From positions 224,001 to 288,000 of the forward strand of contig JAKFBS010000003.1 in the NCBI GenBank assembly GCA_036677065.1: a stretch of DNA of 64,000 bases. Reading direction: 5' to 3'. The position numbers and the translations under genes are program-made. Below, piece by piece: positions 9,837 through 19,848 of this stretch. Every line of letters begins with the position of its first letter. Positions within the stretch are counted from its first letter, which is position 1. The DNA comes from Bdellovibrio sp. (GTDB lineage: Bacteria; Bdellovibrionota; Bdellovibrionia; Bdellovibrionales; Bdellovibrionaceae). Under the pieces are notes generated by a model. That model had not been told where the DNA came from. It searched no databases and was given only the letters and a program-made list of their open reading frames with translations.

Positions 9837-10307
9837 ATGAAACCGAATCAGGGATTGAGAGAACAATTAAGACGGGAAGATCCGATTGAGCTTCCCATGG
9901 ACGATATGTTTTTTGACAAGCTTCATGACAAAATCATGGCAGATGTCGCAAAAACAGAAATCAAGCCAGCTGCAAGCCGGCTATCAAAGTCATGGGAGTT
10001 CTTAGAACGTCAGGCGCATTATTATCGACCGTCGAATAATGTGCGCACACTTCACGTCGTGAAAATGGGATTAGTTGGCGTCAGCTTAACCTTAGGCTTA
10101 GGTCTGGCTACAATGAGTCTTAAATTATTTGATATGAGTTCACAAAATCAGATCGCCTCAAACAGGCAGATCATTATCGAGCAAGCTTTAGAAAACCCAC
10201 AGGACTGGGTAGAAATGGCGGCCTCAGTACAAAATGACTCTGATTTTTACGCAGATGTTATGAACGAAAGATTAAGTGCAAGCCAAGGAGCGGACTTACA
10301 ACTTTAA
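9837..10307 (+). CDS. single-TM protein, putative anti-sigma factor
   Basis: Directly follows the ECF sigma; P..D.FFD.L..KIM motif, one TM segment. Confidence 0.6.
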   Translation: MKPNQGLREQLRREDPIELPMDDMFFDKLHDKIMADVAKTEIKPAASRLSKSWEFLERQAHYYRPSNNVRTLHVVKMGLVGVSLTLGLGLATMSLKLFDMSSQNQIASNRQIIIEQALENPQDWVEMAASVQNDSDFYADVMNERLSASQGADLQL

Positions 10308-10393
10308 TCCAGAAAAACACAATGTAATGAATCTTGGAAACGGATGTCCAAATTCATTTGTTTAGTTACCCAAATATAGACATAATTTTCTTA

Positions 10394-10885
10394 ATGTCTT
10401 TTTTCACAATCCTTCTTATTCCCATTCTTTTTTGTCTGCCCGTGGCAGCTCAGAGTGCAGCAGCACCTACCGTAAAGAAAAACTCAGTTGAAGACATTTT
10501 TATCTGGAAAGTCAGTGATGAACTAAAGTTATCAGCCACCGAAGAAAAAAAGTTCGCCGATATTCATCGCGATCTCAATAAGCAAAAAATGCAATTTGCG
10601 AGCCAGTTGCAGAAGCTGTCGTTTCAAAGTAAAGAAAATCCACAGTTGCCACAAAACCAAGCCTCTAACATTATCAAAAATTATAAAAAAACCCTGATTG
10701 CCTATAATGATCTAAGCTTACAAGAGCTTGATAAAATGAAAGCACTGCTGGGCGATAAAAAGTTTTTGGATTATTTGGCTATTAAGCAAGACATCAACCT
10801 TAAGCTTAAATCTTTGGTTTTAGGCGAAGAGCCTAAGGCGAAGCCTGCGAAGCTTCCGCCACCTCAGATTATCGAAGAAAAATAA
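10394..10885 (+). CDS. hypothetical helical periplasmic protein (Spy/CpxP-like arrangement)
   Basis: Signal peptide MSFFTILLIPILFCLPVAA; ELKLS..EEKKF helical motif; third gene after ECF and anti-sigma. Confidence 0.6.
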   Translation: MSFFTILLIPILFCLPVAAQSAAAPTVKKNSVEDIFIWKVSDELKLSATEEKKFADIHRDLNKQKMQFASQLQKLSFQSKENPQLPQNQASNIIKNYKKTLIAYNDLSLQELDKMKALLGDKKFLDYLAIKQDINLKLKSLVLGEEPKAKPAKLPPPQIIEEK

Positions 10886-13396
10886 TTACTTCCCGCGACG
10901 GCCGGATCGATGACGGTAATCACGATCTTCGTCATCTTCATTCACAGCATCTTCAGTAATTTCTTTGATGTATCTGTTCACTTTGCGTTCAGGAACATTA
11001 TTATCATATCTTGTCAGATCAAATAATCCTGCATCCGATGGATTCACGGTTTGAGAGTTGTAATAAAACCAATCTGAAAATCGCCAGAAATCTTTATTTG
11101 TTCGTGAAATTGCCCAGCGATTTTTAAGATTTTCATAATCAGCTTGCGAGCGAATATTTTCAATCGCTGTTACAAAATCACTTAATTCACTTTCTTGCAC
11201 CGAGAAGAAAAGATTCGGAAAAGAACCTACATACCCCGGAAATATACTTAACGAATCAATTTCTGGATCACGCCTTCCACTTTCGTTAGTGATAAAAGCT
11301 AAACTGTAGTGCTCGCGGTGATGCACGATCGTAAAAGCTTTACTTTGATTGAGCGGGGCTTGCACTAACACGAACGCCAGATCGGGAAAGAACACAGGAA
11401 ATGGCTTTTCTTGTGCCTTAACTGAAGCGATGCGTTTAAATTGATGGGCATAATTAAGTTCAGCTTTGCTTAACTGGCTCTGTTGCCATTGCACATTGGT
11501 CATGCTCGGAATAATCCGCTTCCAGTTGATTAAATCTGCTGGGCCGCGCACTTGTGGGCTCATGTAATTAAAAGCCACTTGTTCGACAAATTCTGCCTGT
11601 GCACGGTAAGGATTGTCGTATTTCATTTGTGTAGGTGCATCGATGTTATGATGTTTGTACCAGAACTTCATTTTCAAATGCGCAAATACACCACGATACC
11701 AATATTTGCGTATTTGTTTACGATGTTCTTTTCCCGGAGGCATAAAAAGTAAATAGTTTTCTTCAGCTTCCATACGGATAAAATCCATATAGATTCGGCT
11801 GATCGCCTGATGGGTTAAGTTGCCATAGACGTCATAATTAACGACTAAGTTATAAACTAGGCGCTCAAAAAGCGGGTAATCTAAAACATACACGGTTTTA
11901 GACAAATCGCCGCGAAAGCCTTTTAATACCGTAGCACTGTCTTTGTGACGAAAGATCGTTAAAGCCGCGTTGTCGTTATGACCATCGCCATTCCATAGAT
12001 CGTTGATACCATAACCTTCTGGAAAATCTTTTTTATATTTTTTTGCAATAATTTTGCGGTAATCTTCACGTTTATCGACCATGTCACCGTAAGTTGCTAA
12101 GAGGCTTCCCATTTTTGCATCACTGCCGTTGTAATACGATGGTAAAAATAAATTGGGTGATACTTCGGTTTCAAAATTTGCATCACGTGAAGAAAAATCG
12201 CTTTCAGGGTTTAAAAATAAAGTAAAAAATTGTTCATCAATTGAATTTAAAGCATTATTACCAAAACACACTGGCCCACGAATAAAAGTATTAATGTGGT
12301 ACTGAGCATCTTCTAATAAAAAGCGATAGCGTGCTTTCGCCGGTATATCATGAAAAACAATAAAAGGGTTGGCTGATAGTTTTTCACTGTAGCCAGGAAG
12401 AGCTTTAACCTGCCATTCAGTCATATAAAACAAATTTTTAAAACGATTTAGTTTTTCGGTAGAAATCTCTAACGGCAAATGCGTTTTGTTAACAATCTGA
12501 GCCGTAACTTTTTCAAAACAATAGTAAAATCTGGCTCCGGGGTCATCATTTGGTCTACGGGTTGAAATCACATCAACACCGCGCGCACATTCTGATTTAG
12601 ATCTAACCAATGAATAGAAGCTAGTTGGTTCTTCGGCAAAATACAGATGCGCTAAAAACCAATGTTCATAGATATATCTAGAAACTAATTTTTGCTTCAG
12701 ATTCTGGGCATTTAAGAATTTTTCCCAGTTGCGAATAAGAAAAAGTCTATTGCCGCTTGGAATTTTGGCCTGTTGGATTTTTTCCCAAGCCGGGCCTTGG
12801 GCGCCTTGTGATAACCAACTGCTTAATTTGTCTTTTTCATATTTATCTAACATCGGTAAACCAAAGGGCATACCAGCATTTGGTTTTTCTTTTAAATAAA
12901 CCTGTAATTCTTTTTGATTCGACGGGCAGCTTCTGGCTTCTTCTGGCATTTCATCTGGCAGAAGGTCAGAGTTTGTTTTCATGTTGATCATTGAAGTGAT
13001 TAAAGAAGCTTCTGGATTTTTTGCATCATACACCGGAAAAAACTTTTTACTGCGCCATGAAAATAAATCTTTAGCATCAATTCCTAGGCGGGTTAAGGGT
13101 GATGCTTTTTCTTCAAACTGATAAACATGATGTTTGTTAGCTCCGCGTAAAAAACCTTCGTAAGAAGTTAAGTTTAACTGGCAAGCAGCATTATTGCACG
13201 AATGGCAAACTGCGCAGCGATTATTTAAGATCGGTTGAATCACATGTTTGTAATAAATTTCTTTTTCGCTCAAGTTTGCATCTGCGTTCGAAGCTAACTC
13301 ATAACTTCCCTGCACGGGTGTTCGTGAAAAATCAAAGATTCCGATCGAATAAGAAAAGGCGATTAAAATAAGTAAACTTAAAGACACAGATTTCAT
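10886..13396 (-). CDS. cti: fatty acid cis/trans isomerase (c-type heme)
   Basis: RCAVCHSC heme motif, LVSRYIYEHWFLAHLYF, FIRGPVC, RMEAEENYL, GLFDLTRY. Confidence 0.9.
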   Translation of the reverse strand: MKSVSLSLLILIAFSYSIGIFDFSRTPVQGSYELASNADANLSEKEIYYKHVIQPILNNRCAVCHSCNNAACQLNLTSYEGFLRGANKHHVYQFEEKASPLTRLGIDAKDLFSWRSKKFFPVYDAKNPEASLITSMINMKTNSDLLPDEMPEEARSCPSNQKELQVYLKEKPNAGMPFGLPMLDKYEKDKLSSWLSQGAQGPAWEKIQQAKIPSGNRLFLIRNWEKFLNAQNLKQKLVSRYIYEHWFLAHLYFAEEPTSFYSLVRSKSECARGVDVISTRRPNDDPGARFYYCFEKVTAQIVNKTHLPLEISTEKLNRFKNLFYMTEWQVKALPGYSEKLSANPFIVFHDIPAKARYRFLLEDAQYHINTFIRGPVCFGNNALNSIDEQFFTLFLNPESDFSSRDANFETEVSPNLFLPSYYNGSDAKMGSLLATYGDMVDKREDYRKIIAKKYKKDFPEGYGINDLWNGDGHNDNAALTIFRHKDSATVLKGFRGDLSKTVYVLDYPLFERLVYNLVVNYDVYGNLTHQAISRIYMDFIRMEAEENYLLFMPPGKEHRKQIRKYWYRGVFAHLKMKFWYKHHNIDAPTQMKYDNPYRAQAEFVEQVAFNYMSPQVRGPADLINWKRIIPSMTNVQWQQSQLSKAELNYAHQFKRIASVKAQEKPFPVFFPDLAFVLVQAPLNQSKAFTIVHHREHYSLAFITNESGRRDPEIDSLSIFPGYVGSFPNLFFSVQESELSDFVTAIENIRSQADYENLKNRWAISRTNKDFWRFSDWFYYNSQTVNPSDAGLFDLTRYDNNVPERKVNRYIKEITEDAVNEDDEDRDYRHRSGRRGK

Positions 13397-13473
13397 ATGT
13401 TTCTATTCGGAAAACGGACTCTGTTTTCAAAATAAAATGACGCAGAAAAAGGTCTAGTTATTGGTGCTGGGTC

Positions 13474-14511
13474 TTAAAGTGAGACGGATAATTTTTTTAG
13501 GTCTGCTACAGGGTCTTCAGATTGCTCAAGAGTCTTAATTTTTTCAATAAACAAATCCATGTTCTGATCGCACTTGTTATATAGAATTTCAAAATCATTT
13601 AAGTCTTCCATATAGGTACGCAGTAGCCCCAGCGTGGCATTGTTGATATCTTTTTTAATGAACTGCTCATGTGAAGTGGTTTTTAATTTGCCAGCAAGTT
13701 CAAGAGTAAACGCATCTTTTATTTTTTGAAATTGTTCTTGGCGAATTTTTTCATTCTGTTCTGAATTTGATTTATACCAGGATTCTAGATTTTTGATTTG
13801 CGCAGAAATAAACGCAGAAAATAATTTATCATCGGCATTTTCAGCACTGATCACTTTTACAGTCTGAGAATCTGCACCTTCAAGTTTTTTGTAAAACATT
13901 TCAGTGCCCTTATTGCCGATAAAGACGGCCATGCGCTCGTTGAAATCTGCATTGTTCTTAATATAAACCGTAGTGTGGACGATTTCGTGGATAATGGTAT
14001 TTACAAGATCATGATCTTTATAACGTAGCATTGATGATAAAACAGAATCTTTAAACCATCCCAAAGTTGAATAGGCGGATACGCCGCGCACGAAAGTATC
14101 AAAGCCTTCTTTTTTTAATTCAGCAGCTTCTTCAAGAGCTTCTTGTTCGCTGAAAAATCCTTTGTACGGCATTTTTCCGATGATCGGGTAAGACCATTCG
14201 AAATTTTTTAACTCCCATTTATAAGCCGCATTTACGACCCAGGTTACATACGGCCGTTTTAGATCAATATAGGTTTCATAGTTTTTAGTTTTTTTTAAAT
14301 GCAATTCGTTAAAGGCAAATTCACGCGCTTGCTGGCTCAGGGCCAGTTTTCTTTTTTGTGCTTCTGTTAAATCAGTTTTTTGTAAAACGTCTTCGACATC
14401 TTCGCGGCTGGCCATCATCGAAATTTGATTTTTAGCAGATTTAAAATAATAACCCAGCTGGCAACTTGATAACAGTAAAGTCAGAGCGGTGATACCTAAT
14501 ACAGATCGCAT
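13474..14511 (-). CDS. putative zinc aminopeptidase lipoprotein
   Basis: Lipobox LSSC; AYSTLGWF.D, HEIVH, FNERMA motifs. Confidence 0.85.
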   Translation of the reverse strand: MRSVLGITALTLLLSSCQLGYYFKSAKNQISMMASREDVEDVLQKTDLTEAQKRKLALSQQAREFAFNELHLKKTKNYETYIDLKRPYVTWVVNAAYKWELKNFEWSYPIIGKMPYKGFFSEQEALEEAAELKKEGFDTFVRGVSAYSTLGWFKDSVLSSMLRYKDHDLVNTIIHEIVHTTVYIKNNADFNERMAVFIGNKGTEMFYKKLEGADSQTVKVISAENADDKLFSAFISAQIKNLESWYKSNSEQNEKIRQEQFQKIKDAFTLELAGKLKTTSHEQFIKKDINNATLGLLRTYMEDLNDFEILYNKCDQNMDLFIEKIKTLEQSEDPVADLKKLSVSL

Positions 14512-15065
14512 TATAAAAACCAGTTAAGCCCAGCTTTGAAAGCCGTATCATCAGTTTTAGTGCCATCATCCATTGGTGTTTTCCAGATGTCGTAACCTAC
14601 GCGCACTGAAAAACGTTCGGTTAACTTATATTTTAAGCCGATACCGTAACTTGGCGCTATGCCGTCTTTAGTTGGAATTTCGTAAGCATTTGCATTGGCG
14701 TATTTGATCACTGCTTTTTTGTGAATGTATGCGGCTCCGCCTTTGATGTAGGGCTGAAAGTCGCTGCGCTGGTCTGTTAGAATAAAAATTAAATCAGAGC
14801 CTGCAATGGTCGAAGTCTGTTGAATCACGCGCGCTGACGTCGTGTCATTTTCCTGATTTTCATAAAACGATTCTGTGTAACTAAGTTCTAACGCGATTTT
14901 TTCAAACATGTAAAAAGATAACGACGCCGATTTAGATTCAGATTGATAGTAATTGGTGGCGTTGAAATTTTTCTTTGAAAAGCTGTAGCTTAAGCCGATT
15001 TCTGTAGTCAGGGCGTAAGCTGTCATGTGGGCAAAAATAAGAGTAAGAAATAATGCTATTTTCAT
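14511..15065 (-). CDS. small outer-membrane beta-barrel protein
   Basis: Signal peptide, QPYIKGGAAY, GIGLKYKL, aromatic C-terminus GLNWFL. Confidence 0.75.
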   Translation of the reverse strand: MKIALFLTLIFAHMTAYALTTEIGLSYSFSKKNFNATNYYQSESKSASLSFYMFEKIALELSYTESFYENQENDTTSARVIQQTSTIAGSDLIFILTDQRSDFQPYIKGGAAYIHKKAVIKYANANAYEIPTKDGIAPSYGIGLKYKLTERFSVRVGYDIWKTPMDDGTKTDDTAFKAGLNWFL

Positions 15066-15105
15066 TCTAATATTTTAACTTAAAATTAGAAGGGTGGCTT
15101 GGCTA

Positions 15106-15933
15106 TCAGTAGACGTTGACGCGAATTCTGTACCTTAGACGAACGCGACCGCCGTCGGCCTGGACCTTAGATCGTGGTGGGTTCGGGAAGAATTTTGCGC
15201 TCTTAAACGCATATATCCCCGCGTCATCAAAAGGTTTAAACCCAGAACTGGTCATGATTAAACCTTCTTGATACAGACCATCGGCATTAAGCCAAATTTC
15301 AACTTCGGTGATCCAGCTTTTACCGGCCAGAGTTTTGTAAACATCAGTCGGCATACGATCAAACAAAGCGTTTAAGCGCTCGCTCCAGCGCACATAAAAT
15401 AAATTTAAAATACGATTGTAAAACGAAGCGTAAATATGAGCATCGGCATTTAAATTTGTCGCCGATCCACTTTGAATTTCTCGAGGTAATTGATAGGGAA
15501 CCGTTGATTCTTGCACCCGCGCCATCTGCTGCTGCATCTCTCGGGCAAATTCTGGAACATCCCCATCATCGTGGCTTGCAGGTGTTTTTTGCGAAGCTTG
15601 ATTGGGTGCAGTGTTTTTACTTCCACCCTGTGAGGGTTGGCGGTTTTCAAAAGCACCAAGTTTTGTAGCGCGTGTTTGTTTATCAAAACGCTGATTTTTT
15701 TCAGCCATAAATTGTGCCGGATCTGACATGTCTTTGGGTTCGGGCGCGTTTGAATTTTTAACGACGGGCTTATCGAATTCTTTTTCGCTGGCTTTGGGAG
15801 TTTTTTCGTCGATGATTTCGATCTCTGTTTCACTCGTCGAAAGTCTAGGTATCGCCGGCAGAAGCCAAACGCCTTCGTACATGAGAAAGTGTATAAAGAG
15901 ACTGATCGCTATAAGCGATGCTAAACGCAACAT
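15106..15933 (-). CDS. TonB-family energy transducer (TonB C-terminal domain)
   Basis: N-terminal TM with SLFIH, P/K-rich linker, SSGFKPFDDAG..FPNPP. Confidence 0.8.
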   Translation of the reverse strand: MLRLASLIAISLFIHFLMYEGVWLLPAIPRLSTSETEIEIIDEKTPKASEKEFDKPVVKNSNAPEPKDMSDPAQFMAEKNQRFDKQTRATKLGAFENRQPSQGGSKNTAPNQASQKTPASHDDGDVPEFAREMQQQMARVQESTVPYQLPREIQSGSATNLNADAHIYASFYNRILNLFYVRWSERLNALFDRMPTDVYKTLAGKSWITEVEIWLNADGLYQEGLIMTSSGFKPFDDAGIYAFKSAKFFPNPPRSKVQADGGRVRLRYRIRVNVY

Positions 15934-15962
15934 AATGCTTTAAACTGTATCATTTCTGGATC

Positions 15963-15990
15963 TCAAGTTAAGACAATTTTTTGCCGATAG
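15963..15990 (+). promoter_or_regulatory. sigma28/FliA-like promoter
   Basis: TCAA-N16-GCCGATAG. Confidence 0.65.
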
Positions 15991-16016
15991 GTATTCTGCA
16001 TATATGGGGGATACCA

Positions 16017-16553
16017 ATGTCAAAAGAAGTGTCAAAAGTGATCGATATTACATCACGTCTGAAAACTGTAAATACTAATCCAACTCAAGCGAGCGGCTCT
16101 AGCGGGCAGAATCTGCTTAATATGCAGGAACTTAAAGGCAAATTTCAGCCGATTCTTTTGAAGGAGCGTCGCCAAGTTGAGAGAACTATTCTTTCTGACC
16201 TAATTAGTGGCATGCTTGTTTTACCTGAAAAGGGTTTATACAAAGTTTCGATGTATGATATTTCTGGTGATGGTTTGTCATTTTCACTAGAAAAGCACAT
16301 GGGCTCATTCTCAGTCGGTGAAGAAATTGCTTTACGTGTTTATTTAAATTCTAAAACTTATTTTCCACTTCACGTAAAAGTGAAACACACAACTGTCGAT
16401 GACAGCGAAGAAATCGTTCGTCACGGTGTTGAGTACATGAAGGGTTCTGCCTCAGATGTTGCGCTTCAGCATTTCGTAAATTTCATCATTTCTCTGAATG
16501 AAGGATTACAAATTGATGAAGGTGATATGGTCGCAGGGCCAACCATCGCATAA
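16017..16553 (+). CDS. PilZ-domain protein
   Basis: ERRQVER and DISGDG motifs; start ATG 16017 after GGGGG RBS. Confidence 0.8.
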   Translation: MSKEVSKVIDITSRLKTVNTNPTQASGSSGQNLLNMQELKGKFQPILLKERRQVERTILSDLISGMLVLPEKGLYKVSMYDISGDGLSFSLEKHMGSFSVGEEIALRVYLNSKTYFPLHVKVKHTTVDDSEEIVRHGVEYMKGSASDVALQHFVNFIISLNEGLQIDEGDMVAGPTIA

Positions 16554-16660
16554 AAAATAAAAATAAATTTTTGAATCTCTTTTGACTCTCTGAGGGGTTT
16601 GATGTGCAATTTACATAGGTGCTATACGCGCCGCACATCAATCCTTTAACGGAGGTCTAA

Positions 16661-18001
16661 TTGAGTTCTAATCCTACACCTAAAGAAGCAAAACCTAAAC
16701 GTCGTAAAATTGTTCTGGATACCAATGTTATTTTATTCGACGCTTTTGCGTTGTTGAAATTTGGCGATGCTGATTTACATATTCCGTTTGCGGTGATCGA
16801 AGAAATCGATAAATTTAAACGCGACCAAGGTGAAAACGGGCGCAATGCGCGTCAGTTCAGCCGTTTTGTTGACGTTCTAAGATCAAAAGGAAGTTTAGCT
16901 CAAGGTGTACAAATCGATAACCACGAAACTATCGTCTACATCACGACAGATATGTTTTTGGCCGGTGTTCCTTCTGAATTAGACCAAAACAAAGCAGATA
17001 ACCGTATCTTAAGTACGGCGTTAGCTTTGCAAAAACAATTTCCTCGTCACAAAGTAGAATTGATTTCTAAAGATATCAATTTGCGTATCAAAGCTGACGT
17101 TTACGGTGTGAATGCAAAAGATTACGATAATTCAGATATCACTCAGGGAGATCTTTACGAAGGTTACCTTGAAATTGAAGTTAAGCCTGATGCGATCGAT
17201 ACTTTTTACCGTGATAAAAAATTAGTTGTTGATCACAAATTATATATTAACCAATACGTAATTTTAAAAGACGCTTCGAACCCAAATCACTCGGCGATCG
17301 GCCGTTTTTCTGGATTAGAAAAAGCAGTTGTGCCATTGATCAACCCACCAGACAGCATCTGGGGAATCCATGCACGCAACGTTGAACAATCTTTTGCCTT
17401 AGATGCATTATTAAATGACGAAATCATGATGGTTTCTTTAGTGGGTAAAGCGGGAACTGGTAAAACTTTATTAGCAATAGCCGCTGGTCTTTTTAAGACT
17501 CTTGATGAAGGCCGTTTCCAAAGACTTTTAGTTTCGCGTCCGATTTTTCCGATGGGCCGTGATATCGGTTACCTACCAGGTGATATCGAACAAAAGTTAA
17601 ATCCGTGGATGCAGCCGATTTTTGATAACGTTGAGTTCTTAATGGGTGCTGATAAAAAAGCAGCAGGCCGCGCTCAAGAGCTGATCAATCAAGGTATGTT
17701 AAATATTGAGCCTTTAACTTATATCCGTGGTCGCAGTATTCCTAAGCAGTACTTAATCGTGGATGAGGCGCAGAATTTAACTCCGCACGAGATTAAAACG
17801 ATTATTACCCGTGCTGGCAGCGGCACTAAGGTGATTCTAACGGGTGACGTTTATCAGATCGATAATCCGTACGTAGATTCAGCGAATTCTGGTTTGACTC
17901 ACGCTGTAGAACGTTTCAAAGGCCAAACTATTGCGGCCCATGTCACGCTGACTAAAGGTGAAAGATCAGCACTTGCCGAATTAGCGGCAAATATTCTATA
18001 A
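16661..18001 (+). CDS. PIN-PhoH (PhoH2-type) ATPase/RNase
   Basis: VLDTNV PIN motif, GKAGTGKT Walker A, GYLPG, RGRS, DEAQN; TTG start after GGAGG. Confidence 0.92.
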   Translation: MSSNPTPKEAKPKRRKIVLDTNVILFDAFALLKFGDADLHIPFAVIEEIDKFKRDQGENGRNARQFSRFVDVLRSKGSLAQGVQIDNHETIVYITTDMFLAGVPSELDQNKADNRILSTALALQKQFPRHKVELISKDINLRIKADVYGVNAKDYDNSDITQGDLYEGYLEIEVKPDAIDTFYRDKKLVVDHKLYINQYVILKDASNPNHSAIGRFSGLEKAVVPLINPPDSIWGIHARNVEQSFALDALLNDEIMMVSLVGKAGTGKTLLAIAAGLFKTLDEGRFQRLLVSRPIFPMGRDIGYLPGDIEQKLNPWMQPIFDNVEFLMGADKKAAGRAQELINQGMLNIEPLTYIRGRSIPKQYLIVDEAQNLTPHEIKTIITRAGSGTKVILTGDVYQIDNPYVDSANSGLTHAVERFKGQTIAAHVTLTKGERSALAELAANIL

Positions 18002-18008
18002 CATTCAG

Positions 18009-18479
18009 ATGTCATCATCAAAATTTTTAGAAGAAGAAAAAGCAAGACAAAACGCGAAAGACGTCGGCTACAAAGCCGTCGTCAAACAAGTGATTACCGA
18101 CAAAATGGTTCGCCAATTTGCCGAAGTGTCTGGAGACTTTAATCCGATCCATCTTGATGATGAGTACGCGAAGAACACAATTTTCAAACAACGTATCGCG
18201 CACGGGATGATCTTGGGCGCGATTATTTCCAGATGTTTAAACACAGCGATTGGCACAGGCGGTATCTACCGTGGCCAAACGTTAAAGTTTTACAATCCGG
18301 TTTTCATCGACGATGAAATCACTTTCGAACTGACGATCACAAAACTTCACCGCACCCGTGGTTTAGGCGTTATTGAAACTATTGCTAAAAAAGCTAATGG
18401 CGATGTCGTCGCTAAAGGCGAAGCAACTATCGTAATGGCCAGTAACGTTCAGGGCGAAGCTTCTACTAGCGCTGAATAA
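18009..18479 (+). CDS. MaoC-family (R)-hydratase/dehydratase
   Basis: SGDFNPIHLD..RIAHGM hot-dog hydratase motif. Confidence 0.9.
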   Translation: MSSSKFLEEEKARQNAKDVGYKAVVKQVITDKMVRQFAEVSGDFNPIHLDDEYAKNTIFKQRIAHGMILGAIISRCLNTAIGTGGIYRGQTLKFYNPVFIDDEITFELTITKLHRTRGLGVIETIAKKANGDVVAKGEATIVMASNVQGEASTSAE

Positions 18480-18582
18480 TCCCGGTAAAACACATGTAAA
18501 AATATTAGACGATCTTGCAGTATTCACTCGGTGAAGGGATCGTTATTGCGTTCACTGTGCTCTCTCGGGTACAAGCTTGTCT

Positions 18583-19047
18583 ATGGGTCGGGAATTAGTC
18601 GTTTTTATCATTGGAATACTAGGTGTGCTAAGTTTGCACGCCAGCAACTGCGGTATAGTCGTGGGAACCTGCGAATATTATCAATGTTTAGAAAAACAAG
18701 AAAACTGCGGAAACAACGGGTATTATATTCAGTTCGGTTCGCATTACTGCCATAAATACCAAGTCGAAGAATATAAATACACACAGCCTGGCAAAGAATT
18801 TTTAAATAAAATCAGAGTGTGTCTGCAAGACGAATTAGAACGCGAATATTCGCGAGCCGGTGAATTGCCAAAATGCAGTAAAATAAAAAAGTTTGCTGTC
18901 GAGACGCATAAGCACTGTTACACAGAAAATAAATTCTGCAATCTGCCAGATTCAGATCAACGCCATATCAAATTCGCTGCGAAAAAAGAAATCTTCGATT
19001 TTCAATTGCTGAAATTCGCTTTCTGGCTAGAAAAAAGCTGTTTCTAA
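18583..19047 (+). CDS. secreted 10-Cys protein, stanniocalcin-like pattern
   Basis: Signal peptide; CEYYQCLE..CG..GY...FG..YC, CLQ..L, C......A..TH..CY....FC. Confidence 0.65.
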   Translation: MGRELVVFIIGILGVLSLHASNCGIVVGTCEYYQCLEKQENCGNNGYYIQFGSHYCHKYQVEEYKYTQPGKEFLNKIRVCLQDELEREYSRAGELPKCSKIKKFAVETHKHCYTENKFCNLPDSDQRHIKFAAKKEIFDFQLLKFAFWLEKSCF

Positions 19048-19135
19048 GATTTGCCACAACCACTTCGATTTTATGACGCAATTTCATCACTCAGGGTTTC
19101 GGTCAACAATGTTGACTGAACTACAGAGCGCCGTT

Positions 19136-19822
19136 TTATAAGCAATATTCTAAATTTTTTCTAAGAGTATTTTTGAATTGTTCTGCGCTGAGCTTGCCTT
19201 GGCCTAAAACTTTCTCAACAGAAATCATAGTTTCGGTTTTAAAACCGCAAGGGTTGATGCCTGTAAACGCTGTAGGATCATTAAAAAAATTAATCGCAGC
19301 ACCGTGATAAGTAATCCATTTTTTTACGGCAATGCCCAGAGATGCAATCTTTTGGTTTTCCATCCAGACGCCAGTTTCATCGGTTTCAACTTGTTGGCCT
19401 GGCATTTTTTGTGGGGTTTTTCCTTCGGCAGTGATGCCGAATTCTTTTAAGGTTTTAACGATGGCACTTTCAAACGTACGTAAATAGCCGCGCACATCTT
19501 GCACGCCGCGTGGCTCATCTGATTCTGCTTTTTTACCGCGGGGATTTTTTAAACTGATAATTGGGTAGACCACGATTTGTGAAGGGCCATGGTATGTAGC
19601 TCTGCCGCCGCGTGAAACTTCGATGACCGAACCTTGCCATGAAAAGATGTCTGAGGCTTGGGTTTGTCTTCCGGTAGTCACTACTGCCGGGTGTGAGCAA
19701 AAGATTAAGAAGCCTGGGTGCGATTCGCCCTGTGATAAAGCTTGATCAAGTTTTTCAACATACTCTAGCTGTTTATTCATGGCCTCTTCATAAGAGATGA
19801 GGCCCCAGTCTTCAAACATCAT
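19136..19822 (-). CDS. lipB: octanoyltransferase LipB
   Basis: HPAVVTTGR, RGGRATYHGP, KIASLGI, HGAAIN, INPCG. Confidence 0.93.
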   Translation of the reverse strand: MMFEDWGLISYEEAMNKQLEYVEKLDQALSQGESHPGFLIFCSHPAVVTTGRQTQASDIFSWQGSVIEVSRGGRATYHGPSQIVVYPIISLKNPRGKKAESDEPRGVQDVRGYLRTFESAIVKTLKEFGITAEGKTPQKMPGQQVETDETGVWMENQKIASLGIAVKKWITYHGAAINFFNDPTAFTGINPCGFKTETMISVEKVLGQGKLSAEQFKNTLRKNLEYCL

Positions 19823-19848
19823 TGGAATTAAATCCCGCGCGCGAGCGC

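Noticed and set aside
13404..13430. sigma28-like promoter before cti (minus TGAA..TCCGAATA)
   Set aside because: Both boxes deviate from the other seven sites; too weak to call
16600..16640. TGATGTGC...GCACATCA inverted repeat upstream of the PhoH gene
   Set aside because: Only 8-bp arms, single occurrence, no supporting structure
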